DNA from: Candidatus Lindowbacteria bacterium RIFCSPLOWO2_12_FULL_62_27
Lineage (GTDB): Bacteria; Lindowbacteria; 2-12-FULL-62-27
NCBI GenBank assembly: GCA_001784175.1
Contig: MFPR01000004.1
Coordinates: forward strand, 434,001 to 498,000
DNA length: 64,000 nt
Direction of reading: 5' to 3'
This document shows, one piece after another, positions 46,150 to 55,743 of the stretch. The notes beneath the pieces were generated by a model, which saw only the letters and a program-made list of their open reading frames with translations, did no database searches and was not told the DNA's origin. A program made the translations under genes and the position numbers. Each line of letters begins with the position of its first letter. Positions within the stretch are counted from its first letter, which is position 1.

Positions 46150-47134
46150 CGGCGTACAGATCTCCCTGGGGTGGCGGATCGGCGGCCCGCGCGCGTTTCA
46201 CGGCGTCTTCGACGTCGCGGGTGATGCCGTTGGACAACGCGGCGAGCGCGGCCTCGTCCGCAACGCCAAGGCGGATGATTTCGGCAGCGCTGCGTTTGAC
46301 GGGACACCGCTGCATCCAGGATTCGACTTCTTCGCGCGACCGGTACGTCCGGCCGGCTTCATGATCAAAATGCGGGCCGACATGCTCGAGCCACCGGTAG
46401 GTCATGCATTCCAGAAAGGCCGGCCCCTCGCCGCGTCTCAGGCCATCCGCCAGACGCGCCGAAGCCTCGTACACGGCGGCGAGGTCGTTGCCGTCAACCC
46501 GCTCCGCCTTCAGTTTGAACGATCTCGCCCGTTCGCAGAGTTCCGTGCCGGCCGGTTGGCGGACGGAGAGAGGGCTTTCCGTCGAATAGAGATTGTTCTC
46601 GCAGACGTACAGGACCGGCAGACGGCGGATGGCGGCATAATTGATGCTCTCGTAGAATATCCCCTCTTCGCAGGCCGCCTCGCCAAAGAAGGATACCGCC
46701 AGCCGCCGCTCGCCGCGCATGGAGAATGCCAGGGCCGATCCGGTCGCGATGGCAATCGTCTCACCCAGAATGGCGGTGGAGGCGATGAAGCCGACGGCCT
46801 GCGCTGTCAGATGGGCGGACCCGCCTCGGCCCCGGGAACAGCCGGCCTCACGGCCGTACAGCTCCGCCGCCAGCTCATAGACGCTCCCGCCGCTCGCCAG
46901 GTAATGATTGTGGGCCCGGTGATGGCTGTAGACAACATCGCCCGGCCGCAGCGCCGTGACAACACCGACGGCAACCGCCTCCTGACCAAGTCCAAAATGC
47001 GCGGGCGTCCGCATCTCCTGCTCGCGATATAATTCCGCCAAGCGCCGGCTCGCGATCCGTACGCGCAGGAGCCGCGCGTGCATCTCAAGACGCAGTTCGC
47101 CGGGAATTTCTGTCCGCGCCGGTTCGGCCTTCAC
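46139..47134 (-). CDS. ThDP-dependent dehydrogenase E1 alpha-like subunit
   Basis: HFGLGQEA, SHHRAH, GRGGSAH, GEAACEEG, CENNLYS, TYRWLEHVG; GTG after GGAGGA. Confidence 0.9.
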   Translation of the reverse strand: MKAEPARTEIPGELRLEMHARLLRVRIASRRLAELYREQEMRTPAHFGLGQEAVAVGVVTALRPGDVVYSHHRAHNHYLASGGSVYELAAELYGREAGCSRGRGGSAHLTAQAVGFIASTAILGETIAIATGSALAFSMRGERRLAVSFFGEAACEEGIFYESINYAAIRRLPVLYVCENNLYSTESPLSVRQPAGTELCERARSFKLKAERVDGNDLAAVYEASARLADGLRRGEGPAFLECMTYRWLEHVGPHFDHEAGRTYRSREEVESWMQRCPVKRSAAEIIRLGVADEAALAALSNGITRDVEDAVKRARAADPPPQGDLYADVW

Positions 47135-48405
47135 ACATCCTCCCTGACGCCCAACACGAATTGCCGGATGCCCGCCGCACGGCATTTCTGGCGGTCCAGC
47201 ACGCCGAACGGATCGACGATGAGCGCGCCGGACATGGCGGCGCGCACATCGGCCGGCGCAACATTCGAAAATTCCTTCCACGGCGTCATGACGACCAATG
47301 CGTCGGCGCCTTCGACGGCCTCCCGCGCGCTGGTGACCTGCACGCCGTTCGGCGCCGCGTCTTTGTCCAGCATGGCCTGCGGATCATACGCCTTCAGGGA
47401 AAGGGGCGCCAGGGCCCGCATCAGCGCGACTGCCGGCGAGTTCTTGATGGACGCCGTATCGGCCTTGTAGGCGATCCCCCAGATGCCGATTTTAGGGCGT
47501 GGGTGATGCGCCAGCAGATGCGTTTTGAGAATTCGCATCGGCCAGTTTTTTCTGTGCGCGCTGTTGGCGAGAAAGGCGTCGATGACACCCCCATCCGTGC
47601 CCCGCGTGAGGGCCATCGATTGAACGGCCGCAAGATCCCGCTCGATGTTGCCGCCGCCGATGCCCAGACCCGGCACGAGATACGCGTGAGGGCCGATCCG
47701 CCGGTCGGATTTCAGCGCCGGAATAATCTCGGACCAGTCCGCGCCCACCGTCTCGCACAGCTCCGCCAGCGTGTTGGAAGCGGACAGCGATGCCGCCAGA
47801 CACACGTTGATGGAAATCTTCGCCAGCTCGGCGCTCTCGTATCGCATTTGAACTACGGGACAGCCGAAAACGTCGAGAATCGCCCGGTACGCCGCCGGCA
47901 GCCTCTCGGCCGGATTCGCGCAACCCACAATGAACCGCTCGGGGTTACGCGCCCGGTCCACCGCGTCGCCGAAAATCAGCGTTTCGACCTGGTAGTAGAG
48001 GCGGATGTCCCGCCGCGCGCCGGCCAGGGTCCGCATCGTGCCCGGCGGAAGCTGGCTCATGACCGCAAGGACCGCATCCGGCGGCGCGGCCCGGACGGCC
48101 GTGTCGAAGAGATGATGAAACCTCGTGAGATCGCTTCGATTCTGGTGGTCGGTTGCGATGTCGATGGAAACATGAATGACCCGGCAGGATGCGAGACCCC
48201 CGGGATCGGACATGAAACGAATCCGGCCGGCGTTTTCTCGAAAAAGTTCCGCAAGGCCCTTCTCATAAATCGGTAAGCGACCGTGCGTCAGATCCCGGCA
48301 CAGGTCCTCATCGGAATCGAACGCCAGAACCTGATCCCCGGTTTTCGCCGCGATCACAATGCTCGATACGATTCCCAGATGGGACAGGCCGGCGAACCCG
48401 ATCAT
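47131..48405 (-). CDS. UDP-glucose/GDP-mannose dehydrogenase-like protein lacking the catalytic Cys
   Basis: GLSHLG, LPIYEKGL, SAELAKISIN, DRRIG, GIGGGNIERD, GIAYKADT. Confidence 0.85.
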   Translation of the reverse strand: MIGFAGLSHLGIVSSIVIAAKTGDQVLAFDSDEDLCRDLTHGRLPIYEKGLAELFRENAGRIRFMSDPGGLASCRVIHVSIDIATDHQNRSDLTRFHHLFDTAVRAAPPDAVLAVMSQLPPGTMRTLAGARRDIRLYYQVETLIFGDAVDRARNPERFIVGCANPAERLPAAYRAILDVFGCPVVQMRYESAELAKISINVCLAASLSASNTLAELCETVGADWSEIIPALKSDRRIGPHAYLVPGLGIGGGNIERDLAAVQSMALTRGTDGGVIDAFLANSAHRKNWPMRILKTHLLAHHPRPKIGIWGIAYKADTASIKNSPAVALMRALAPLSLKAYDPQAMLDKDAAPNGVQVTSAREAVEGADALVVMTPWKEFSNVAPADVRAAMSGALIVDPFGVLDRQKCRAAGIRQFVLGVREDV

Positions 48406-49319
48406 GCGGGTTCCCGTTCCGGAACCCCGCTCAACACCGAATGAATCCAAGCGTCCTGGTCGAGGCGGGTGCCGGCGGTCCGGCAGAGTTCCTGAAAGTA
48501 CCGGTATTCTTTTGCCCATGTCGGATCCGGGCCCTCGGCACGTTCCGTTTCCTCGGAGGGCCGGCCGCTCGGCAAGACCCGTTTTCGGATCGTCAGCGTG
48601 CTGAACCCCCATTTGCACAGGCCGTGCAGGTGGAGGCTGCCGAGTTCGCCGAAGAGATCGATCACGAAGGTGTTCCTCCAGCAGATGAGCGACATCTCGA
48701 GTTCGACCATCGGCGTCCCGCGGCTGATCAGGATCGCATGATCGTACGCGCGGTTTTCAAAGCGGTTGAGGCAGCGGACATCGTATGTGCGATGCCGCTG
48801 GTCGCCGAGCAGAAACACCGTCAAGTCGAGGAGATGCGAACCGAGGTCCGATACGACACCGATGCCCCTGTCCCGCCAGGGAGAATTACGCGAATCCCGC
48901 GCCGTGCCGTTCCCGTAGTGGAGCTTCGCCAGATACACGGCGCCGATCGCGTTCTGATCCAGGAGCGCCTTCATGCGCTCGATGGTCGGTTCAAACCGAT
49001 GGTTGTAGGCCGTGTAGCAGGCCACGCGCGAGCGGCGGGTGAGGTCCCGCAGTTCCGCGTAGACGCCGGCCTCCGGCGCGAGCAGCGGTTTTTCGACAAG
49101 AACGTGCTTGCCGCCGGAGATCAGGCGCCGCAGAAGATCAAGCTTCGGGCCGTCACCGGTGCAGAGGAGGGCGGCGTCGAAGTCCGCGGGCGGAACGTCG
49201 TCAATGCGCCTGTGGGACGCGTCGGAAACGGCGGGGTCGACGGTCGCCACGACATCGGCGCCGCATGCCGCCACGCGCTTTCGGCCCTGAATCCCAAGGC
49301 CCACGACGACGCATCTCAC
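48402..49319 (-). CDS. Gfo/Idh/MocA family oxidoreductase
   Basis: VGLGIQG, HVLVEKP, YNHRFEP, DLGSHLLD. Confidence 0.85.
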   Translation of the reverse strand: MRCVVVGLGIQGRKRVAACGADVVATVDPAVSDASHRRIDDVPPADFDAALLCTGDGPKLDLLRRLISGGKHVLVEKPLLAPEAGVYAELRDLTRRSRVACYTAYNHRFEPTIERMKALLDQNAIGAVYLAKLHYGNGTARDSRNSPWRDRGIGVVSDLGSHLLDLTVFLLGDQRHRTYDVRCLNRFENRAYDHAILISRGTPMVELEMSLICWRNTFVIDLFGELGSLHLHGLCKWGFSTLTIRKRVLPSGRPSEETERAEGPDPTWAKEYRYFQELCRTAGTRLDQDAWIHSVLSGVPEREPA

Positions 49320-50869
49320 GAGAATTTCAGCTTGCTTTCGACCGTGTCCAGTTTCTTGAGAATATCTTCAGGAGAAACAGGGATATTGCCCTCGCGCTCG
49401 CAGGCGACGCCCGCCGCCATCGACCCCAGGATGGAGGCGACCACAGGGGATTCCGTGGCGCACAGGGCCAGCGTCGCGTACGCCAGCATCGCGTCGCCGC
49501 TGCCCACTGCGTCCACGACATGGGACGCAAAACTGTCCACTGTGAAAAATGACCGCGCTTCGATGCTCGGACGCCGATACGTGAGGATGCCCCGGCTTCC
49601 CAGTTTCAGAATCAGCGTCCTGCATTGCGCGCGTTTGTAGAGCTCCAGCGCCAGCGGCCGGACGACCGAGTCCTGATCGCCCAGCGCAAACCGGGCCTCC
49701 CGTTCATTCGGCGTGATGAGATCGAACGCCTGAAAATCGAGGATGTTGCCCCACCGGCTGGCGACCTGGCTGTCGGCGACCCGCAGTTTTCCCGGCGGAA
49801 GGGCGGCAATCAGGCGTGGAATGCTTTCGTGGTTGAAAATGCCGTGCCGAAAATCGCTGAAAACGTACGCGGCCGCGCCGTCGGCGGAAATGGACGCGAT
49901 GAGTTTGTCCAGCACGCGATCGGAAATCGGGCGATTGTCGACCTTGTCGAATTTCAGCAGCCGGTATCCGTCCGAGACAAATACGTTTTTCTGGGTGGTC
50001 GGCCTCGTCACGTCAATCACAAAATCACCCTCCACCCCGGCCTTCGTCACCTCCCGGATGACAAAATCCTTGAGCGCGTCGCCGCCCAGCACCGTGGAAA
50101 AGCGGACGCGCGCGCCGGCGGCGGCCAGATGCCCGGCGACCACGGCCGCGGCGCCGGCAAAATCGGCGTGCCGTTCATACTTGACGCTCAGGGTGGGCGT
50201 CTTGACCGAGCCGGTGTTGATCGTCGTGCAATGCGTGTGGGTATCGACGATGGTGTCGCCGACGACATGCACGCGGACGCCCCTGAATTTCTGCACGGCC
50301 TCCCGGAGCGCTGGACAGGTGACACCCTCGGATTCCATCAATGTTCCGAGCTTCTCGATCGCCAAGCCCGGCAGTCCGCTTTCGATGAATGCCGAGGACG
50401 AGAAAACGATGTCGCCGGGCGTGAAGAGAATTTCGCCGCCGTAACTGTTCAGCGTTTCCACCTCCACCCGGGTCTGCGGGTGAAGCCCCCGCTCCGTGTA
50501 TTCGTAACCCTTGGCAAAAAAATCCGGCTGCAGCGTCTGAAGGCTGTCGATGGGGGTGGCGCTGTGATCGATCAGGACGTAATCGACGATTTCCAGGGCC
50601 GCAAGATTCATCGCCCGGAGTTCCTGCGGAACAAACGGCCTGAAATTTGCCTTGGTGATGTAGTCGTCGCCGGTCAGGCTCGCAATCAGAACGTCCGCCT
50701 TGGCCTTCGCGTACATGAGATGGCGGATATGTCCGGGATGAACGAGGTCGAACGTGCCGTGACACATGATCACCGTCTGCGCGCGCGGCCGGGGACCGAT
50801 GATCGCCGCAAGCTCCTCACGCGACTTGATTTTCCGGCGGTAATCATTTCCAGTGCGGGCCGATTTCAT
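49316..50869 (-). CDS. Bifunctional nucleotidyltransferase + PfkB sugar kinase (HldE-like, reversed domain order)
   Basis: N-terminal HGTFDLVHPGH, KGYEY; C-terminal GDTIVD, SDFRHG, TPNEREA, DAVGSGD. Confidence 0.85.
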   Translation of the reverse strand: MKSARTGNDYRRKIKSREELAAIIGPRPRAQTVIMCHGTFDLVHPGHIRHLMYAKAKADVLIASLTGDDYITKANFRPFVPQELRAMNLAALEIVDYVLIDHSATPIDSLQTLQPDFFAKGYEYTERGLHPQTRVEVETLNSYGGEILFTPGDIVFSSSAFIESGLPGLAIEKLGTLMESEGVTCPALREAVQKFRGVRVHVVGDTIVDTHTHCTTINTGSVKTPTLSVKYERHADFAGAAAVVAGHLAAAGARVRFSTVLGGDALKDFVIREVTKAGVEGDFVIDVTRPTTQKNVFVSDGYRLLKFDKVDNRPISDRVLDKLIASISADGAAAYVFSDFRHGIFNHESIPRLIAALPPGKLRVADSQVASRWGNILDFQAFDLITPNEREARFALGDQDSVVRPLALELYKRAQCRTLILKLGSRGILTYRRPSIEARSFFTVDSFASHVVDAVGSGDAMLAYATLALCATESPVVASILGSMAAGVACEREGNIPVSPEDILKKLDTVESKLKFS

Positions 50870-50908
50870 GACGACACCTTTCCGTAACGGTCACATTTCG
50901 ACGGCGGG

Positions 50909-51673
50909 TTACTTCACCATCACGAGTTCTTGGGGCGACCCCAACGGCGAAACGTCGATGGCGTAGCCGGCGGCCAGCGCGTCCTTTCGGAACATCCGGA
51001 CGGTATCAAGCGAAAATTCTCCAAGGTCTTTGCCGACCAGCGGCAGTTTCGACAGCACGTCCCGGGTGGCCGTGATGATAGGGCAGCCGACCGCATCGGC
51101 CTGGAAGATGTTCAGAAGTTCGCGCGGGCTGGCCCAGATGAGTTCGACGGAAGGATAGGCCGCCAGAAGTTTCACGCACTCGCCCATGAGAGGACACGGA
51201 TCGCGGCCCGTGTCGGCAATGCGCCCCGCAAAGACCGACACATATCCGCGAACCGCAGGGGCCATGCATTTGAGAACGTCCGCCACCTGTGCGGGCGTCA
51301 TGATCGCGGTGACATTCAGTTGAACGCCCGCTTCCGTAAGGTCGCGGACAAGTTCGCCGGAAAATTCGCCGCGCGTGTTGCTGACCGGGATCTTCACGTA
51401 GATGTTGGCGCCGCCCCACGACGCGATCTCCAGCGCCTGGGCTTTCATTTCCAAAAATTCGTCCGAGAATACTTCAAACGAAATCGGCTTGTCCCCGATG
51501 ATCCTCAGCGCCTCCTGCGCAAACGCCCGGTAGTCGATCACGCCGGCCTTGCGCATGAGCGTCGGATTGGTCGTAAATCCCTTGATCATCGGGTTCCGAG
51601 CCATCTCGGCGATGACCGCGAGATCCGCCCCGTCCGCAAACAACTTTACCTTCAGCTTTCTGACATCTGTCAT
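50909..51673 (-). CDS. Transaldolase (short FSA/TalC-like, sugar-cluster type)
   Basis: LFADGAD, GFTTNPTLMRKAG, YVKIP, NVTA, SVFAGRIAD, WASPRE. Confidence 0.9.
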   Translation of the reverse strand: MTDVRKLKVKLFADGADLAVIAEMARNPMIKGFTTNPTLMRKAGVIDYRAFAQEALRIIGDKPISFEVFSDEFLEMKAQALEIASWGGANIYVKIPVSNTRGEFSGELVRDLTEAGVQLNVTAIMTPAQVADVLKCMAPAVRGYVSVFAGRIADTGRDPCPLMGECVKLLAAYPSVELIWASPRELLNIFQADAVGCPIITATRDVLSKLPLVGKDLGEFSLDTVRMFRKDALAAGYAIDVSPLGSPQELVMVK

Positions 51674-51817
51674 GAACGTCCCCCTCCCCGTTTTCAAGAA
51701 AAACTGAAAACGAAATCACATATCACATTTCCCGCCGCAAGTCACGAGGCACAGCGTCGGTTGCCTTGAAAAACCCTTCGCCATCTCCTATATCGGGAAC
51801 ATGGAGAACCCCTTCGA

Positions 51818-52657
51818 ATGAGCGGATTGGCCGGCCGGGCCGGAATGGTCACGGGCGCGGGGCGTGGGATCGGCCGGGCCATTGCACTCGCACTGGCGGG
51901 CGCCGGCGCGCGGCTCCTCTTGGTTTCGAGAACTCGAAGCGAGCTGGAAGAAACGGAACGGATGATCCGGAACGCCGGCGGAGATGCGCGGATACTTGCG
52001 GCAGACGTTTCCCACGAGAACACGGCCCGGCGGGCGGTGGAGGTGTGCCATGAAGAATTCGGAACGGTGGACATCCTCGTGACTGCGGCGGGCATCATCG
52101 GGCCCATCGGGCCGGTTGAAGAGGCGACGGTGGCCGACTGGCGAAATACCATCGACATCAATCTGACCGGAACGTTCTTGTTCATCAAGGCCGTGCTGCC
52201 CGTCATGAAGAAACAACGACGCGGGAAACTCCTGCTCCTGTCCGGCGGCGGCGCCTCGGCGGGATTTCCGTTCCATGCCGCCTATGCGGCCGCCAAGGTC
52301 GCCATCGCGCGGCTGGCGGAGACAGTCGCGATGGAAGTCAAGGACGACAACATTCAGGTCTTCGCGATCGCCCCCGGCGCCGTGCACACACGGATGGCCG
52401 AAGAAATGATGGCGGCCGGACGTCGAGGCGGCGAATTGGAATATCAGCGGTTGGTGGAACAGAAAAAGACCGGCGGCGTACCGCCGGAAAAGGCCGCGGA
52501 ACTTGCCGTGTTTCTCGCGTCGGACGCGTCGGCCGGCCTGACCGGCCGGTTGATCAGCGCCGTATGGGACCCATGGCAGTCGTGGAGTCCGGAGGACATC
52601 CGGCGGATGGGGGAAGGGGACATCTTTCAGTTGCGGCGCGTCACGGAGAAGAACTGA
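51818..52657 (+). CDS. SDR family oxidoreductase
   Basis: TGAGRGIG, AAGIIGPIG, SGGGA, YAAAK, IAPG. Confidence 0.9.
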   Translation: MSGLAGRAGMVTGAGRGIGRAIALALAGAGARLLLVSRTRSELEETERMIRNAGGDARILAADVSHENTARRAVEVCHEEFGTVDILVTAAGIIGPIGPVEEATVADWRNTIDINLTGTFLFIKAVLPVMKKQRRGKLLLLSGGGASAGFPFHAAYAAAKVAIARLAETVAMEVKDDNIQVFAIAPGAVHTRMAEEMMAAGRRGGELEYQRLVEQKKTGGVPPEKAAELAVFLASDASAGLTGRLISAVWDPWQSWSPEDIRRMGEGDIFQLRRVTEKN

Positions 52658-52683
52658 AGGCGAGAACCGCCGAAGCGTTCCGC

Positions 52684-53286
52684 TCACGCGCTTTCGCGAA
52701 TGCGCTCGGCCAGTCGATACGTGATGAGATGGTGCAGGACAACGTGGAACGATTCGACGTGGGGCGTGGTGTTCCAGGGAACGACAATGCAGGCGTCGGT
52801 CATCTGCTTCATGGCGCCGCCGTCAAATCCGCTGAATCCCAGCGCCACACCTCCGTGGTCCGTGGCGTATCCAAGGCCCTTCAGGAGATTCTGGGACCAC
52901 CGCCCCGCCTTGTCCTTGCCCGATCCTCCGTGGACGCTGAGGGCCAGCGCCACGTCGCCGGGCTCAAAAAAGTTCTTCATCTGTTCCGTGTAGACATTCT
53001 CCCAGCCGTCGTCGTTCGTCAGGGCGCTGACCCATGGCACGCTGTCGACGAGGCTCATGACTTTGATGCGTTTCTTTCCCTCGATGGCCGTGCACTTGTT
53101 GAGGTCCGCGGCGAAATGGGACGCGGTGCCGGCTGATCCGCCGTTGCCGAAAATGAAGATCCGCCGGCCTTTTTCCCAGGCGCCGTAGAGATACTCGATC
53201 ACGCGGTCGATGTCGGCCCGGTTTATCTGGCGGGCGATTTCGACGATGCCATCCAAGTAGGTGTTGATGTAAGCCTCATTTCTCAT
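52684..53286 (-). CDS. gmhA: SIS-domain phosphosugar isomerase (GmhA-like)
   Basis: GNGGSAGTASHFAAD, ALTND, SVHG, GFDGG, VESFH. Confidence 0.75.
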   Translation of the reverse strand: MRNEAYINTYLDGIVEIARQINRADIDRVIEYLYGAWEKGRRIFIFGNGGSAGTASHFAADLNKCTAIEGKKRIKVMSLVDSVPWVSALTNDDGWENVYTEQMKNFFEPGDVALALSVHGGSGKDKAGRWSQNLLKGLGYATDHGGVALGFSGFDGGAMKQMTDACIVVPWNTTPHVESFHVVLHHLITYRLAERIRESA

Positions 53287-53303
53287 CTCATGCCCCTCGG
53301 GTG

Positions 53304-53332
53304 ATCATGATTGGCTGCGTTCCGGCGGTCAA
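53304..53332 (-). promoter_or_regulatory. Promoter TTGACC-N17-CATGAT for the gmhA-like gene
   Basis: Exact 17-nt spacer, followed by GAGGGG Shine-Dalgarno. Confidence 0.45.
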
Positions 53333-53384
53333 GCCCGGTGCGCCGTTGACCGGATTCACGGCCTTATAGTACATAACAATCGTA

Positions 53385-54566
53385 ATGATGGAATGGATTT
53401 TTGCCTGTTCTCCGCCTCTTTCGGCTCCAGTTCAAAAAGCGGCGCGCTACCGGCTGCATTTTTGCTCGCCCGAGATCATCCGATTTCAGGTTTCTCCGGA
53501 TGCCATACGTCTCACGCTGTCGACCGACGACGAGTCCGTCTGGCATGAGGTGTCCCGCAAGGTTGAGCGGGTGGTATCCGGCGTGCGGGACGGATTTGTC
53601 CCGCCGGAGGAGCGTTTGTACATGGAGCGGCGGCATCCCTCGCCGGCGTGGTCCGGCGCCGGTGTGAACCTCGAACAGGCCGGCCTGATCAAGAAAGCCG
53701 GCGAAGGATTTTACGTGACCGGCCCCTTGATCGCCGGGCTGGTGGAGCGGCTGGATCGAATTCTCCTGGATATGGCGGATGTCTTCGGCGCGCGAGCCGT
53801 CGGAACGCCGGCCCTGATCGCACCCGAAGTTCTGTCCCGCGTGGACTATTTCCGCGCCTTTCCCCACTCTCTCACGTTCGCGTGTCATCTCCCGCGGGAC
53901 GTGGACGAGATCGAGGCCTTTTCGAAACAACCTTTCGAGGCGGACGGATCGCTGGCGCCGGCCGCCTCCGGCGCGGGCGCAGCCGTTCTGTCTCCCGCCG
54001 TCTGTTTTCATCTCTACCATTTTCTCGAGGGCACAAGCCTGGGTCAGGCCCTCGAATCCTACACTGTCCGCGGGCGGTGTTTCCGATATGAGGCCGGCGC
54101 GCTCGCGGGGCTCGAACGGCTGTGGGACTTCACCATGCGCGAAATCGTCTTTGTCGGAGAGCAAGCCGATGTCATGGACGCCCGCAAGCGGTCGATGGAG
54201 TGGGTCACGGACCTCGCGGACCGCCTGGGTCTGGTATGCCGGATCGAGAGCGCGGCCGATCCCTTTTTTGTGGGCGAGTTCAAACAGCGCACGGTCTTTC
54301 AGGCCGCGTTTGATTTGAAATATGAGTGGCGCGCCGACCTCGATCCCGCCGCCGCGGACGATCTGGCCGTCGGATCGTTCAACGTTCATCAGACGCATTT
54401 CGGCAAGGCCTTCCGGATCGCCGCACCGTCCGGCGAGATGGCCTGGACGGGCTGCACGGCATTCGGGCTCGAACGGCTGGCGCTTGCGGTCCTGCGGCAG
54501 CACGGTCTTTCTCCGGACGGCTGGCCGGAGATTCTGAAATCTGATCTTTCCGTGTCAATCGAATGA
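53385..54566 (+). CDS. Amino acid--[carrier protein] ligase (class II SerRS-like catalytic domain, no tRNA-binding domain)
   Basis: YFRAFPH, SPAVCFH, motif 2 CFRYE...FTMREIVFVG, SFNVH..HFG, motif 3 TGCTAFGLER; adjacent ACP. Confidence 0.85.
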   Translation: MMEWIFACSPPLSAPVQKAARYRLHFCSPEIIRFQVSPDAIRLTLSTDDESVWHEVSRKVERVVSGVRDGFVPPEERLYMERRHPSPAWSGAGVNLEQAGLIKKAGEGFYVTGPLIAGLVERLDRILLDMADVFGARAVGTPALIAPEVLSRVDYFRAFPHSLTFACHLPRDVDEIEAFSKQPFEADGSLAPAASGAGAAVLSPAVCFHLYHFLEGTSLGQALESYTVRGRCFRYEAGALAGLERLWDFTMREIVFVGEQADVMDARKRSMEWVTDLADRLGLVCRIESAADPFFVGEFKQRTVFQAAFDLKYEWRADLDPAAADDLAVGSFNVHQTHFGKAFRIAAPSGEMAWTGCTAFGLERLALAVLRQHGLSPDGWPEILKSDLSVSIE

Positions 54567-54799
54567 CCGGCGCGGCCGACACTGTCAAGTCCTTCATCGC
54601 GCGCGCGCTCAAAATCGACGAGTCGGCCGTCCACGAGTCGCTGCAGCTCGGCGCCATCCCCCAGTGGGATTCGTTCGGACACATCAATCTGATGATGGCG
54701 CTTGAAGCCGAATACGGCGTGCCGATCACCGAGCAGACGGTGCTCCAGCACGTTTCCTACGCCGCCATCGCCGCGAGCCTCGCCGCGCTAAAACGATGA
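54563..54799 (+). CDS. Acyl/aminoacyl carrier protein
   Basis: 78 aa acidic protein; WDSFGHINL phosphopantetheine site; LEAEYGV. Confidence 0.85.
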   Translation: MTGAADTVKSFIARALKIDESAVHESLQLGAIPQWDSFGHINLMMALEAEYGVPITEQTVLQHVSYAAIAASLAALKR

Positions 54800-55743
54800 C
54801 CCGGTTTCTTCTGGTCGGCAATGGCCGGCCGCTGGAGGAAGTGTGCCAGGCGATCCCGCGACTGGGCGGGGAAGTCGCCGGCGTGTACGCCAATCCGGAA
54901 TCTGCACGGCGGCTGCAAGCCATGGGAATCGATCCGCAGCAGTCTTCGATTCTGCGCGCGCCGGAAGCCGCGGAAGTCATACGCGCGCAAAGGATCGACT
55001 GGCTGCTCAATGTCCAATCGCAAGTTGTTTTTCCGGCGGCCGTGATTCGCGCGCCGGCGCTCGGCGCGATCAATTTCCATCCGGGACCCCTGCCCGAAGG
55101 CGCCGGCCTCACGGCGCATGAGTGGGCCGTCATTCTGGGCGAATCGGCCTTCGCGGCGACCCTCCATTATATGACGCCTGATCTGGACGCCGGCCCCATC
55201 ATCGTACGCAGGGATTTCGAAATTTCCGACACCGACACCGGCCTCACGCTTCTCGCGCACGCCTGGCGCGTCGGCACCGAGCTTTTGTGCGATCTCCTCC
55301 CGTCGTTGATCGCCGGGCAGCGGCCGTCGGCTTATGCTCAGGACAAATCGAAGTTCCGCTACTTTCCCGGCAAGCCTCCGCACGGCGGGCGGATCGACGT
55401 GAGTTGGCCCGCGGATCGGATTTTGAATTTTGTCCGCGCGCTCCAGTATTATCCCCTGCAGTCGCCCTCCGGACCGCCCCGGCTTGTCGTAAACGGCGAG
55501 CCATTCGCTGTGTTGCAGGCCGAACGCGGCGAATCCTCATCCGGGCATTCTCCGCCAGGTAAAATCACTGAAGTTTCGGAGAGGGGCGTTCAGATTGCGG
55601 TGAGCGGCCACGAAAGCGTCTGGATCATTCGTCTCCTGCGCGAAGGATCTCCCGTCGCCGCCGGGCCATTCTTTCAGCGGCACGGCATCTCCGCCGGCGC
55701 CCTCTGCGACACGGAACTTCCGGCCTCCTCCGGGCGGCCGTGA
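54796..55743 (+). CDS. N10-formyl-THF-dependent formyltransferase (Fmt/ArnA-like)
   Basis: INFHPGPLP, TLHYM...LDAGPII, C-terminal IDVSWPA...VRAL. Confidence 0.85.
   Translation: MTRFLLVGNGRPLEEVCQAIPRLGGEVAGVYANPESARRLQAMGIDPQQSSILRAPEAAEVIRAQRIDWLLNVQSQVVFPAAVIRAPALGAINFHPGPLPEGAGLTAHEWAVILGESAFAATLHYMTPDLDAGPIIVRRDFEISDTDTGLTLLAHAWRVGTELLCDLLPSLIAGQRPSAYAQDKSKFRYFPGKPPHGGRIDVSWPADRILNFVRALQYYPLQSPSGPPRLVVNGEPFAVLQAERGESSSGHSPPGKITEVSERGVQIAVSGHESVWIIRLLREGSPVAAGPFFQRHGISAGALCDTELPASSGRP

Noticed and set aside
45088-47134. Pyruvate dehydrogenase complex
   Set aside because: No E2/E3 or lipoyl domain nearby; embedded between nucleotide-sugar genes.
53385-54566. Housekeeping seryl-tRNA synthetase (serS)
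   Set aside because: Lacks the coiled-coil tRNA arm and is coupled to an ACP; fits an amino acid:carrier protein ligase.
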